DNA of 64,000 nucleotides from an uncultured Gemmatimonadota bacterium (GCA_964490075.1 CAZBBK010000018.1:1-64000), one strand, 5' to 3'. Positions 1 to 10,880 are shown, counted from the stretch's first letter. Notes: generated from the sequence alone by a model not told the origin. Numbers and translations: made by a program.

Positions 1-71
1 CACCAGGGCTGCGATTGCGGAATTTGGCGGCAGGAGCTGGGGGAACATGACAGGGGGGGTTCGACAACTTC

Positions 72-389
72 TTGGACATAAACAACAGCATTCTATCCAA
101 CGACGGTTCTGACGAGATCCAGACCGGCGACCCCGAACCGATCGTAGGCTACTCCAACGTCCAGGGCGGCTGGCCCGGAGTTGGCAACATCGACCAGGAT
201 GCCGAGTTCCGCTCGCTGGCCGGCTTCCACTACCTGCTGGCGCCGGGATCGCCCTGCATCGACGCCGGCGCGCCGACCATCGAGGACGGGGTCTCCGATT
301 GGCATCCGCGCTGGCCGCCGTGGTACCCCAACGGGTCGCGTTCGGACATGGGTGCCTACGGCGGACCTGGGAATGCCGACTGGTTCTGA
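72..389 (+). CDS. C-terminal fragment of a right-handed beta-helix (pectin-lyase-like) secreted protein; paralog of the next gene; 5' part missing or garbled at the window edge
   Basis: The translation is nearly identical to the last ~100 aa of 638..2755 (YSNVQGGWPG..GNIDQ..LLAPGSPC.DAGAPTIEDGVSD.HPRWPPWYPNG.RSDMGAYGGPGNADWF). Confidence 0.8.
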   Translation: MDINNSILSNDGSDEIQTGDPEPIVGYSNVQGGWPGVGNIDQDAEFRSLAGFHYLLAPGSPCIDAGAPTIEDGVSDWHPRWPPWYPNGSRSDMGAYGGPGNADWF

Positions 390-553
390 ATGCTGACGCC
401 GTGAGCGAAGCGGGACGGATTGGCACTCGATCCGATTCGCCGCGGGCCTTGCGACGGCGCGATCTCGTCACCGCCGCGGCGAGATCCGCCATGACCTCGG
501 CTATTCTGTCGAGAGTTTACCGCGTCCGCAATCAACCAAGAGGCTCGACCACC

Positions 554-2755
554 ATGCACCGCGCATCCGCAATCGCCGCAATCAGCACCCTCGTCGCCCC
601 GCTCGCCGCGGCGTAAATCATTCGCGTCCCGGGCCAGGTGGCAAAGATCCAGGGGGCGATCGACGGCGCGGCGACGGGCGACACCGTGCTCGTCGCTCCG
701 GGAACCTACTTCGAGAGACTCACCTTCCGCGGCAAGGCTCTGACCGTGACCGGCACCGCTCCCTGGGACCCGTCGGTGGTCGCGGCGACCGTGGTCGATG
801 CCTCGACCTGCTTTCGGGATTCGTGCAGCGTGGTGCGATTCAACCAGCGCGAGGACGCCCGCTCGGTGCTGGCGGGATTGACGCTGACCGCCGGAAGGGG
901 AATCGACATCTCGGACGACTGGCGATTCGACGAGAGCACGGTCGGCGGAGGCATCTACATCGCCCACTCCTCGCCGCGCATCGTCGGCTGCGTGATCCGT
1001 GGCAACGAGGTCTGGTCGGACTCCTACTGGGCGGGCGGAGCTGGCGGAGGAGTCTACTGCGACGCTTCCTCTCCCGCCCTCGAAGCCTGCGTCATCAGCG
1101 ACAACCACACCAATCAGGACGGCGCCGGCATCCACTGCGACAACGGATCGACCCCGTCTCTGATCGACTGCACGATCTCCGACAACACGGCGGGCATGTC
1201 CGGCGGCGGGCTGTACGCCGACGGCACCGGCTCGTCCCCCAAGCTGACGGACTGCGGAATCACCGACAATACCGCCCGGCAGGGAGGCGGGATCGGATTC
1301 TGGTCGGTGTCCCCGCGCCCGACTCTCACCGGCTGCACCATCACCGGCAACATCGCGACCTGGAACGAAGGCGGTGGGCTGCTGTGCTCCTCGACATCGC
1401 CGCTGCTCACGGCCTGTACGATCCAGGGCAATTGGGCGGAGGCCGGAGGCGCGCTCTTCTCCGACTGGAGCGCCCAACCCCAGATGACCCACTGCATCTT
1501 GTGGGACAACGGCCCGAGCGAGATCGCGACGGATCGTGGCGGAGGAGCCGATATCACCTACTCGGACGTGATGGGCGGCTGGAGCGGCACCGGCAACATC
1601 GACGCCGACCCGCGTTTCTGCGAAGGACCTTGCGCCCAGCTCGCGGATTTCTCGCTCGCACAGGATTCCCCCTGCCTGGGCAGCGGCCAAGGAGGCGCGG
1701 ATATGGGCGCCTGGGGACAGGGTTGCGCCTTGCCGCGGGAGGTCGTTCCCGCGCTGATCGAGGTTCCCGGCGACCACCCATCGATCCGAGCGGCCCTGGC
1801 CGCGGCCTGCGACCGAGACACGATTCTGGTGGCGCCGGGAAGCTACGTCGAACCGGGCCTGGTGGTACCACCGCTCGACCTGGTGCTGCGCGGCTGGGAT
1901 CCCCGAGATCCGGATGTCGTGGCCGCGACGGTGATCGACGGCGCGGGCGAGCAGGTGATCGTGCTGACACCCTCGCTGCTGCGCGCGCCGACCCTGTCCG
2001 GGCTCACCATCACCGGCGGCGGCACCGGGATCTCCTGCGCGCAGGGCCAACCGCTGATCGACCATTGTGTGATCACCGGCAACGACGCAATGGACGGCGG
2101 CGGGCTCTCTGCCAGACGCTCCGACTTCGTCGTCCGCAACTCCATCATCCGCGGCAATCGGGCCAGATCGGAGGGGGCGGGGCTCTACTTCTGGGGCGGG
2201 GCGCCGTCCCTCGCGAACTGCGTCGTTGCCGACAACAGCTGCGATCACGGTGGCGGCGCTTTCGACTGCCACGACAGTGAGCCCTTGATCAGCAACTGCG
2301 TCATCGCGAACAACATCGCCTCCAACGCCAGCGTGATGGCTGGAAGCGACACATCTCCGTTCTTCATCAACTGCACGATCACGGGCAACGTGGACCGGGA
2401 GCAGTGGGATGCGGCGATCTCCGGTGGTCCCGGACCGCTCACGCTGGTGAACTGCATCCTCTCCAACGACGACGCCAAGGAGATCAAATCCTGGGGAGCG
2501 GATCCCGTGATTCGCTACTCGAACGTGCAGGGCGGCTGGCCCGGGATGGGGAACATCGACCAGGAGTCGGAGCTCCGCTCGTGGCAGGGCTTCGACTACC
2601 TGCTGGCGCCGGGATCGCCCTGCGTCGACGCGGGCGCGCCCACCATCGAGGACGGAGTTTCCGATCGGCATCCGCGCTGGCCGCCGTGGTATCCGAACGG
2701 ACCGCGCTCCGACATGGGCGCCTATGGGGGACCGGGGAACGCCGACTGGTTCTGA
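554..2755 (+). CDS. Secreted right-handed parallel beta-helix repeat protein with two tandem modules; in-frame TAA at 614-616 just after the signal peptide
   Basis: Repeated GGG(I/L)xC..SSP.(L/I)..C.I.(G/D)N units. Each module starts IxVPG..I.AA..AA..DT.LVAPG and ends GNID..SPC..DMGA.G. ATG554 gives signal-like MHRASAIAAISTLVAPLAAA in the same frame as ORF 638. Confidence 0.8.
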
Positions 2756-2836
2756 GCAAAGCCCATCTCAGCCCCGCCGATCGGCCTATGATGACCGAGA
2801 CTCCTCGAGAGCGGCGGGGCTGCCCGCAGAAAACCG

Positions 2837-5161
2837 ATGGGCCTCTACGAACGCTACCAACACTGGCTGCACCCCCGCTGGCCGGCCGGCTCGGTCGAGA
2901 AGCTGCCGGTGGTGGGGGTGGAGGGGGTCACCAACGTGCCGGGGCTCAGGATCGCCGGCGACCTGAGCGGCATCCCCCTGCTGAAGCTCGCGGCCGACAG
3001 CGGCGCGCGGGCGGTGCGGGCGATCCTGGCCGAGAAGGGGTTCACGCGCGGCGACGGCTCCGACGACGTACTCGACCTGGCGATCGTCGGCGCCGGCGTG
3101 GCGGGCGTGGCGGCGGCGATCGAGGCGCGCAAGGCGGGCCTGCGGATGGAGCTCTTCGAGGCGGCGCAGCCCTTCCACACCATTCGCAACTTCCCGAAGG
3201 GCAAGCCGATCTTCAGCTACCCCTCGGGAATGAGACCGGCCGGAGAGGTCGACTTCGGACCCCGCTCGACCGTCAAGGAGGGCCTGCTGGAGGAGTTGGA
3301 AGAGCTGCGCGCGGCACACGCCATCGAGCCCACCCTCGCCCGAATCGTCGCCATCGAGCGCGCACACGGGCTCTTGGTGCTGCGCACCAGCGACGACCCG
3401 CCGGCCCTCACCCGCGCGCGCCGCGTGATCGTCGCCATCGGCCGCAGCGGCAGCTACCGCAAGCTGGGGGTCCCGGGGCAGCAGCTCGACAAGGTCTATC
3501 ACCGCCTCTACGACCCCGCGGAGCTCCACGGGCAAGACGTTCTGGTGGTGGGCGGCGGCGACTCGGCGCTGGAGAGCGCCATCGCGCTGGCGACCTGCGG
3601 CGCGGATGTGACGCTCAGCCATCGCAAGGCGGAGCTCACGCGTCCCAAGCCGGAGAACACCGAGAAACTGACCCGACTGGTGCGCGACGAAGCAGCCCAG
3701 GTGGCGATCGAGCAGCCACGCTCCGAGCGAGTCGGCAGCGCCGCCTTTCCGGCCATCCAATCCCAGCGCGGAGGCTCGCTGCGGCTTCTGCCGTCGACCG
3801 AGGTGAAGGCGATCCGCGCCGGCGAGGTCGACCTGGTCGAGAGCGAGGGCACCACGACCACGCTGCCGAACGACGCGGTATTCGCCATGATCGGTCGCGA
3901 GCCGCCGCTCGACTTCTTGCGCCGCTCGGGCGTCGCGATCCACGGCGAGCGGAGCACCGCGAGCTGGCTGGGGCTGGCGGCCTTTCTGCTCTTCGCCACC
4001 TGGCTCTATCACTGGAAAAGCTACGGTTTTACCGGCGCCTGGATGGATCCGGCGGCGTGGACCGCGGCGCTGGGCGTCGCCCTCGGCGATGCCGTCTCGA
4101 ATCCCACCAGTCTGCTCCACACCCTGCTGCGCTCCGCTTCCGGCGCCAGCTTCTACTACACCCTCGCCTACAGCCTCTGCGTGCTGGTCTTCGGAATCCG
4201 GCGCATGCGCCTGCGCAGCACGCCCTACGTGCGACGCCAGACCATCGCCTTGATGTGCGTGCAGTGGCTGCCGCTTTTCCTGTTGCCTGAGATCGTCCTG
4301 CCCTGGCTCGGTCGCAACGGGTTTTTTCTGGAAGGCGCCGCACTGCGACCGATCGCCGACCTCTTCTTCGAGAGCTACGACGGCGGCATCGGCATCGAGC
4401 GGGCCTACTGGCGATCCTACGGCCTGATCCTGGCCTGGCCGCTGATGGTCTACAACTGGTTCACGCCGCAGCCGATGTGGGGCTGGTTGGTGCTCGGCTC
4501 GCTGCAGAGCTTCGTCATCATCCCGTGGATGGTGCGGCGCTGGGGAAAGGGCGCGATGTGCAGCTGGCTGTGCTCCTGCGGCGCCCTGGCCGAGACCCTG
4601 GGCGACGGCCAGCGACACAAAATGCCGCACGGCCCGGCCTGGAACCGCCTGAACATGCTCGGCCAGTGGATTCTCGCCGCGGCGCTGCTCTTGATGGCGC
4701 TGCGCATCTGGGGCTGGGCCGCCCCCGGATCCTGGGCCGCGCGCCATTTCGACGCACTGGTCGGCGACGGGGTCCTGAGCTACAAGTACCTGGTCGACCT
4801 GCTGCTGGCCGGGATCATCGGCGTCGGGCTCTACTTCCACTACTCGGGCCGGGTCTGGTGCCGCTTCGCCTGCCCCCTGGCGGCCCTGATGAACATCTAC
4901 GGGCGCTTCTCGCGCTTTCGGATCTTCCCCGACAAGAAGAAGTGCATCTCCTGCAACTTGTGCACCGCCGTCTGCCACCAAGGGATCGACGTCATGAGCT
5001 TCGCCAACAAGGGAGTGCCGATGGAGGATCCACAGTGCGTGCGCTGTTCGGCCTGCGTCCATACCTGTCCCACCGGCACGCTGGCCTTCGGCCGCTATGG
5101 GCGCGGCGGCGACATCGTTCTGGATCGCCTTGCGGCATCGCCGGTGCGCATGCGCGAGTGA
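2837..5161 (+). CDS. Thioredoxin-reductase-like FAD/NAD(P)H oxidoreductase fused to a membrane polyferredoxin (NapH/MauN-like 4Fe-4S) domain
   Basis: GAGVAG FAD motif, VGGGDSA NAD(P) motif, several TM helices, CSWLCSCG and CRFACP motifs, two CxxCxxCxxxC clusters (CISCNLCTAVC, CVRCSACVHTCP). Confidence 0.85.
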   Translation: MGLYERYQHWLHPRWPAGSVEKLPVVGVEGVTNVPGLRIAGDLSGIPLLKLAADSGARAVRAILAEKGFTRGDGSDDVLDLAIVGAGVAGVAAAIEARKAGLRMELFEAAQPFHTIRNFPKGKPIFSYPSGMRPAGEVDFGPRSTVKEGLLEELEELRAAHAIEPTLARIVAIERAHGLLVLRTSDDPPALTRARRVIVAIGRSGSYRKLGVPGQQLDKVYHRLYDPAELHGQDVLVVGGGDSALESAIALATCGADVTLSHRKAELTRPKPENTEKLTRLVRDEAAQVAIEQPRSERVGSAAFPAIQSQRGGSLRLLPSTEVKAIRAGEVDLVESEGTTTTLPNDAVFAMIGREPPLDFLRRSGVAIHGERSTASWLGLAAFLLFATWLYHWKSYGFTGAWMDPAAWTAALGVALGDAVSNPTSLLHTLLRSASGASFYYTLAYSLCVLVFGIRRMRLRSTPYVRRQTIALMCVQWLPLFLLPEIVLPWLGRNGFFLEGAALRPIADLFFESYDGGIGIERAYWRSYGLILAWPLMVYNWFTPQPMWGWLVLGSLQSFVIIPWMVRRWGKGAMCSWLCSCGALAETLGDGQRHKMPHGPAWNRLNMLGQWILAAALLLMALRIWGWAAPGSWAARHFDALVGDGVLSYKYLVDLLLAGIIGVGLYFHYSGRVWCRFACPLAALMNIYGRFSRFRIFPDKKKCISCNLCTAVCHQGIDVMSFANKGVPMEDPQCVRCSACVHTCPTGTLAFGRYGRGGDIVLDRLAASPVRMRE

Positions 5162-5173
5162 CGCGCCCCCAGC

Positions 5174-7795
5174 TCACTCCACCATCAGCATCGAGCGAGT
5201 CTCGCGGCTGCCCAACGCATCGAGCGTGCAGATGTAGCGCCCGGAGGGCAGCTCTCCGCCGCCCTCGCCGCGCCCGTCCCAGCGTGCCGCGTGCTCGCCC
5301 GCTCCGCGAACGCCGTCCACCAGCACCCGCACCCGCCTCCCCGCCGCGTCGTAGATCGCCAGCCGCACCGGAGCGGGCCGCGGCAGCGAAAAGGAGATCG
5401 TGGTCGAGGGGTTGAAGGGATTGGGTCGGTTGGGATGCAGCCGCGGCCCGCCCTCCGGCGCCGGCGCCGGCACGCCGCCGCTCGCCCCGACCCCGCCCGG
5501 CAGCTCCAGCTTGTACATCGAACGCCCATGCGTGCCCGCCACCAGAAAGCGCTCGCTCGGATGCACCTTCAGGTCGTAGATCGAAACCAGCGGCAATCCC
5601 GTCCCCAGCACCTCCCACTCCCCACCACCGACCGTGCTGACCCAGGCGCCGGCGTCGGTGCCGACGAATACCGCGCCCGGATCTTCGTGGTCGATGGCCA
5701 GCGCGTTGATCGGAATCGAGGGCAGATTGTCACTGACGTCGATCCACGAGGCGCCCAGGTCGGTGGTCTTGAACAGGTGCGGCTCCGGATCGTGCCATTT
5801 CAGTCCCGAGAACGCGACGTAGGCCACCGAGTCGTCGCTCGGGTCGACCGCCACCCGCGTCACCCAACGCCGCGGCAGTGGCGCCGACACATCGCTCCAC
5901 GAAGCCCCGCCGTTGGAGGTCACCCAGACATGGCTGTCGTCGGTTCCGGCCCAGATCACCGCCGGATCGGTCGGCGCCACCGCGATCGTCGTCACCGTGC
6001 CGAGACGGGTGCCGGGCACCCCGTCGCTCAGGTCGCCGCTGATCGCCGTCCAGGAGCCGGCGGCGTTGGTGCTGCGGTAGACACGATCGGTTCCGTAGTA
6101 GAGCGTCGACGAGCTGCTCGGATCGATCACCACCGGCGTCGACCAGTTGGTCGGCTCGAAGGGTGAAACCCCGTGCAGCACATCGTAGTCCCAGTCCCGC
6201 GCGTCGTTCACGGTCTTGCCCAGCCAGCCGAACTGCGCCTCGGCATAGATCGTCCGGTAGTCGTCCGCGCTGACATTGACGTAGAAGCCGTCGCCGCCGA
6301 ATATATGTTCCCAGTCGTCGACCGCGCCGCTGGTAGTGCGCAAAGTGCCGTTGTCCTGGGTGCCGCCGTAAAGGCGTTCGGGGCGCTGAGCATCGAGCCC
6401 GATCTCGTAGAACTGCGTCACCGGCAGGCTCGCCACCTTGCTCCAGCTCTGCCCGCCGTTGCTGGAGATATTGATGCCTCCGTCGTTCCCTTCGACCAGG
6501 TAGCTCGGGTTCTGGGGGTGGAAGGCGAGCGCGTGGTGGTCGACGTGCAGGATTTCCGGCCCGTCGTAGCCGTACATGATCGGCCAGTTGACGCCGCCGT
6601 CGGTGGAGCGGCTGAAGGCGACGTCGAGCACGTAGACGATGTCGGGATCGGTCGGGTGGACGCGCACCTGGCCGAAGTACCAGCTGAATCCGGCGCCGGC
6701 GTTGGCCAGGCGCTTGGCCGGGTCGGCATCGCTCCAGATGTCGCCACCGTCGCTGCTGCGATAGAGCCCGACATAATCCGCACCGTCGTTGTAGAGCGCG
6801 TAGACGATGCTGGGATCGGCCTGGTGAAGGGCGATGCCGATGCGCCCGATCTGCTCGAGATCCGGGTCCGGCAGCCCGGCGCCCAGTTCCAGCCAGGAGT
6901 CGCCGCCGTCGGTCGATCGGTAGAGACCGCTGGTGGGACCGTAGAGATGACTCGAGTCGGTGCGCCGCACGCGCTCCCACATGGCGGCGTAGACGACATT
7001 CGGATCGGTCGGGTCGAGCGCCACGTCGACACAGCCGGTGGAGTCCGACACGAAGAGCGAGAGCCCCCAAGTGTCGCCACCGTCCTCGCTCAGGTAGAGG
7101 CCGCGCTGCGGCGTCGGCGCGAAGTAGGAGCCGACCGCGGCCACGAAGACCCGCTCGGGGGCGGCGGGATCGACCACCACGCGACCGATCGACGCACTCT
7201 CCTCCAGTCCCTGGAGCTGCCAGGTGGCGCCGCCGTCGGTCGACTTGTAGAGCCCGCCGCCGGGAAAGTTGTTGTGACCTCCGTTGGCCTCGCCAGTCCC
7301 CACGTAGATCGTCTCGGTGTCGTTCGGATCGAGCGCCAGGTCGCCGCAGGAGAGCGCCGCCTGGTCATCGAAGATCGACGCCCAGCTGAGCCCCGTGTCG
7401 GTCGACTTGAAGACCCCGCCGGTGGCCGCTCCGGCGTAGACCACGTCGCCATCGCTGGGATCGAACTCGATGTCGCTGATCCGCCCCCCGACGTTGGTCG
7501 GGCCGGCGAACTGCCAGGCGCCGTAGCCCGCGGACGCCCGCCGCGGCCGCGCCCGGTGGGTCTGCGCCGCGCGGATCATCTCGGCCACCGCGCCGGGGTC
7601 GGCGGTGAAATGCGGAAAGGTGCGCTTGATCCACTCGCTCTCCGAGGGGCGCTTGCTCTCCCGCTCGCCACGCTGTGCATCGCCCGATCCGCGTTCCGGC
7701 GCGCGCACGCCTCCACGAATGAGTGCCGTGCCGGCCACGGCCAGCAGCGCAAGGGCGGCCGCCGAGATGGGGCGCGTGAATGACGATCTACTCAA
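5174..7795 (-). CDS. Secreted BNR/Asp-box (VPS10/sortilin-like) beta-propeller protein with C-terminal FlgD Ig-like domain
   Basis: Many SxDGGxTW repeats; GPTNVGGRISD; C-terminal NRPNPFNPSTTISFSL..IYDAAGRRVR..WDG..SGRY. TTG start at 7795 preceded by GGAGGAG. Confidence 0.85.
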   Translation of the reverse strand: MSRSSFTRPISAAALALLAVAGTALIRGGVRAPERGSGDAQRGERESKRPSESEWIKRTFPHFTADPGAVAEMIRAAQTHRARPRRASAGYGAWQFAGPTNVGGRISDIEFDPSDGDVVYAGAATGGVFKSTDTGLSWASIFDDQAALSCGDLALDPNDTETIYVGTGEANGGHNNFPGGGLYKSTDGGATWQLQGLEESASIGRVVVDPAAPERVFVAAVGSYFAPTPQRGLYLSEDGGDTWGLSLFVSDSTGCVDVALDPTDPNVVYAAMWERVRRTDSSHLYGPTSGLYRSTDGGDSWLELGAGLPDPDLEQIGRIGIALHQADPSIVYALYNDGADYVGLYRSSDGGDIWSDADPAKRLANAGAGFSWYFGQVRVHPTDPDIVYVLDVAFSRSTDGGVNWPIMYGYDGPEILHVDHHALAFHPQNPSYLVEGNDGGINISSNGGQSWSKVASLPVTQFYEIGLDAQRPERLYGGTQDNGTLRTTSGAVDDWEHIFGGDGFYVNVSADDYRTIYAEAQFGWLGKTVNDARDWDYDVLHGVSPFEPTNWSTPVVIDPSSSSTLYYGTDRVYRSTNAAGSWTAISGDLSDGVPGTRLGTVTTIAVAPTDPAVIWAGTDDSHVWVTSNGGASWSDVSAPLPRRWVTRVAVDPSDDSVAYVAFSGLKWHDPEPHLFKTTDLGASWIDVSDNLPSIPINALAIDHEDPGAVFVGTDAGAWVSTVGGGEWEVLGTGLPLVSIYDLKVHPSERFLVAGTHGRSMYKLELPGGVGASGGVPAPAPEGGPRLHPNRPNPFNPSTTISFSLPRPAPVRLAIYDAAGRRVRVLVDGVRGAGEHAARWDGRGEGGGELPSGRYICTLDALGSRETRSMLMVE

Positions 7796-8043
7796 GGTCG
7801 ACTCCTCCGTCTGAGTCCTGATGGCCTGCGAAATGGTAGGCCCGGAATCAGCCGCCCGGCGACGAAAGCGCTTCCCCGGCTTGTCATCGACAACATCGCC
7901 CCCCGGCGCCGCGGCCGCGAGATCCTCTACAGCCTCGCCGACTACCACGTCCAGGAAGAACCGCGATGATCCTCCGCCCGGCCCGATTTGCTAGTCTCCA
8001 CCCCACGCCCGCCGGCCCAACCCCGCGCGGGCCCAACCACGCA

Positions 8044-8856
8044 ATGTTCGAAGCATCCATCCTCTTCCTGGCGACTTTGATCGGCGGATTGGTCTCGCTG
8101 GCGGTGCGCTGGACGCCGCGCCTCTTGCACGTCGCCCTGGCCTTCTCGACCGGCATCTTCCTCGGCGCGGTCTTTCTGCATCTCCTCCCCTCGCTGAGCG
8201 CCGCCGGCGCCGACCACGGCCAGCACTGGGAGGCCTCGGTGCTCGACTCGCAGAGCTTCGCCACCGCCCCCGCCCCGGCCGCCGATGAAGGCCCCCTCAC
8301 CCACCTTCTCGAAGGCGATGGCGCCTGGCTCTTCGTATTGCTCGGCGTGCTGGCGGTCTACCTGATCGAGGCCCTGATCCTGCGCACCCACGACCACGAC
8401 GACCGCCACCGGCACCGCGCCGTCGGCGTCGCCGCCCTGGTCGGCCTCTCGGTCCACTCCTTCACCGCCGGTCTGGCCCTGGCGGTCATGGCCGACCGCG
8501 GGCTCCTGATCGGCACCCTCTTGCTCGGCATGGTGGCGCACAAGGTCTTCGACGCCTTCTCTCTGGCCTCGGTGCTGCTCCTGGCGGAGCTGCGCCGCGC
8601 CCGCATCCTGCTGCTCCTGGTCGCCTTCGCCGCCGTCACCCCCCTCGGGCTGCTGCTCGGGTCGGCCGCCGCCACCCACCTCGGGGCAGCCGGCATGACG
8701 GTGGTGACCGCCCTGGCCGCCGGCACCTTCCTCTTCGTCTGCGTCGGCGAGCTGCTGCCGGAAGTGTTCCACCACCGCGAAGACGGCTTCGCCAAGGTGA
8801 CACTCCTGGGGGCCGGCATCGCGGTCACCACGCTGATGCACGGGATCGGTGCCTGA
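8044..8856 (+). CDS. ZIP-family (Zn/divalent metal) transporter
   Basis: GAVFLHLLP, His-rich loop HDHDDRHRH, SVHSFTAG, AHKVFDAF, TPLG, AAGTFLFV..ELLPE. Confidence 0.9.
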   Translation: MFEASILFLATLIGGLVSLAVRWTPRLLHVALAFSTGIFLGAVFLHLLPSLSAAGADHGQHWEASVLDSQSFATAPAPAADEGPLTHLLEGDGAWLFVLLGVLAVYLIEALILRTHDHDDRHRHRAVGVAALVGLSVHSFTAGLALAVMADRGLLIGTLLLGMVAHKVFDAFSLASVLLLAELRRARILLLLVAFAAVTPLGLLLGSAAATHLGAAGMTVVTALAAGTFLFVCVGELLPEVFHHREDGFAKVTLLGAGIAVTTLMHGIGA

Positions 8857-10880
8857 TGCTCTTCCTGACCGACTGGCTGCTGGCGATCTGGGTCATCCTC
8901 TGCGAATCGGGTCCCTTCCTGGTCGCCGGCTTCCTGATCGCCGGGCTCTTGAAGGTGCTGATCCCGGAGGAGAAGGTCTTTCGCCACCTCGGCCAGCCGA
9001 CCTTCCGCTCGGTCGCCGTCGCGTCGTGCTGCGGCGTGCCGATTCCGCTCTGCTCCTGCTCCGTGGTCCCCACCGCGATCGCCCTCAAGCGCTCCGGCGC
9101 CAGCAAGGGCGCCACCACCTCCTTTCTGATCTCCACCCCCGAGACCGGAGTCGACTCGATCGGCGTGACCTGGGCCCTGATGGACCCGGTGATGACGATC
9201 ATGCGGCCGATCTCGGCGCTGGTGACCGCGCTCACCGCCGGCGGACTGGTCAACAAGCTCGACCGCGAGGAATGGGGCGACGAGGAGCAGCTCGACCAGG
9301 AGGAGTGCTGCTCCGACGGCGCCTGCGAAGCACCGCCGACCGGCGCCCTGGAGATCGGCCGCGCCGCCGCCCGCTACGCCTTCGGCCCCCTGATGGCCGA
9401 CCTCACCCCCTCCTTCGTCTTCGGCTTCGTCCTCTCGGCGCTGATCATGGTCCTGGTTCCCGACAACTTCGTCGGCGACCAGCTCCCGGGCGGATGGCCC
9501 TCGATGCTGGCCATGCTGGTAGTCGGCATCCCGGTCTACATCTGCGCCACCGCCAGCACCCCGGTGGCCGCCGTCCTGGTCGCCAAGGGCCTCGACCCCG
9601 GCGCCGCCCTGGTCTTCCTGCTGGCCGGGCCGGCCACCAACCTGGCGACCCTGCACGTGGTGCGCAGCTTCCTGGGGCGGCGCGTGCTGCTTGCCTACCT
9701 CGGCTCGATCGCCGCCTGCGCGCTGCTCATGGGCTGGGTGGTCAACGGCATCTACGCCACGCTGCGCATCCCCCCCAGCGCCGTGGTGCGCGCCCCCGAT
9801 GCGCTGGGCTGGATCTCGGTGGCCGGCGGCCTGGCGCTGGCGGCCTTGCTGCTGCGCCACGCGATCGAGCTCGACCTGGGGCGGCGCTACGCCGCCGACC
9901 TGCGGCGTTTCCTGGCCCCGGTCGGCATCGATCCCACCTCTCGCGGCGCGCGGATCGTGGCGCTGGTGGCCGCGCTCGCTCTCTGGGGCTCCAGCGCCCT
10001 GACCCGGGTCGACGCCGGCCAGACCGGCTTCGTGCTGCGTTTCGGCGCCGTCCAGAAGGTGCTCGATTCCCCGGGCCTGCACGCCCACCTGCCCTTCCCG
10101 ATCGAATCCGTGGAGACGCTCCGCAGCGACGAGATTCGCGGCTTCGGCGTCGGCGCCGCGACACTCGAGAACGCGCCGCCGACCGCGCGCGATGCACAGC
10201 CCCCGGCCGCCGAGGTGTTGGTGGGGGACGAGAATATTCTGCAGCTCACTTGCGCCGTGCACTACACGGTCGCGGATCCCTACGAGTTTCGCTTCGGCGT
10301 CTCCGATCCGGAACGTCTGCTGCGCTCGATGGTCGAGGCCGCGGTGCGCCAAATGGCGGCGCATCGCAGCGCCGGCGAAGTGTTGGTGGAGACCCGCCCG
10401 GCGCTCGAGGCCGAGGTGGCGGGCACGCTGCAGATCGAGCTCGACGCCATCGGGGCCGGCATCGAAGTGGTGTCGGTCAACCTGCTCGACATCCACGCAC
10501 CGGGGGCGGTCCACGCGGCTTTTCGCGATGTCGCCAGCTCCCTCGAAGACAAGGAGCGCCAGGTGCGCGAGGCCGAGACCTACCAGATCGAGCGCGTGGC
10601 GCAAGCTCGAGCCTCCGGCTACGATTCGGAGCAACGAGCCCGAGCCGATCTGTCGCGCACGGTCGAAGGCGCCTCGGGAGAGGTCGCCGCCTTCATCGGC
10701 ATGCGCGAGGTGCTGCGTGAGGGCGACCCGATCAGCCGCTTTCGACTGCGCATGGAGGCGGTCGAGCGCGGTCTGCGCGGCGCGCGCTGCGTGCTGGTGC
10801 TCGATCCCGGCGTCGACGTGGTGCTGACCACCGAGGAACAGGGATTGAGGTCGGCACGCCGCAGTCCGCTGGGACCCTGA
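8856..10880 (+). CDS. SO_0444/DUF318-type predicted metal permease fused to a C-terminal HflK-like SPFH domain
   Basis: N-half has GVPIPLCSCSVVP, FLISTPETGVDS, EECCSDGAC and VYICATASTPVAA. C-half has GFVLRFG..PGLHAHLPFPIE, LVGDENI, YTVADP and VHAAFRDVASS. Start overlaps the ZIP stop (TGATG). Confidence 0.85.
   Translation: MLFLTDWLLAIWVILCESGPFLVAGFLIAGLLKVLIPEEKVFRHLGQPTFRSVAVASCCGVPIPLCSCSVVPTAIALKRSGASKGATTSFLISTPETGVDSIGVTWALMDPVMTIMRPISALVTALTAGGLVNKLDREEWGDEEQLDQEECCSDGACEAPPTGALEIGRAAARYAFGPLMADLTPSFVFGFVLSALIMVLVPDNFVGDQLPGGWPSMLAMLVVGIPVYICATASTPVAAVLVAKGLDPGAALVFLLAGPATNLATLHVVRSFLGRRVLLAYLGSIAACALLMGWVVNGIYATLRIPPSAVVRAPDALGWISVAGGLALAALLLRHAIELDLGRRYAADLRRFLAPVGIDPTSRGARIVALVAALALWGSSALTRVDAGQTGFVLRFGAVQKVLDSPGLHAHLPFPIESVETLRSDEIRGFGVGAATLENAPPTARDAQPPAAEVLVGDENILQLTCAVHYTVADPYEFRFGVSDPERLLRSMVEAAVRQMAAHRSAGEVLVETRPALEAEVAGTLQIELDAIGAGIEVVSVNLLDIHAPGAVHAAFRDVASSLEDKERQVREAETYQIERVAQARASGYDSEQRARADLSRTVEGASGEVAAFIGMREVLREGDPISRFRLRMEAVERGLRGARCVLVLDPGVDVVLTTEEQGLRSARRSPLGP

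Noticed and set aside
1-71. Possible upstream part of the first beta-helix gene
   Set aside because: In-frame TGA at 48-50 and no recognisable repeat in other frames; it looks like low-quality edge sequence.
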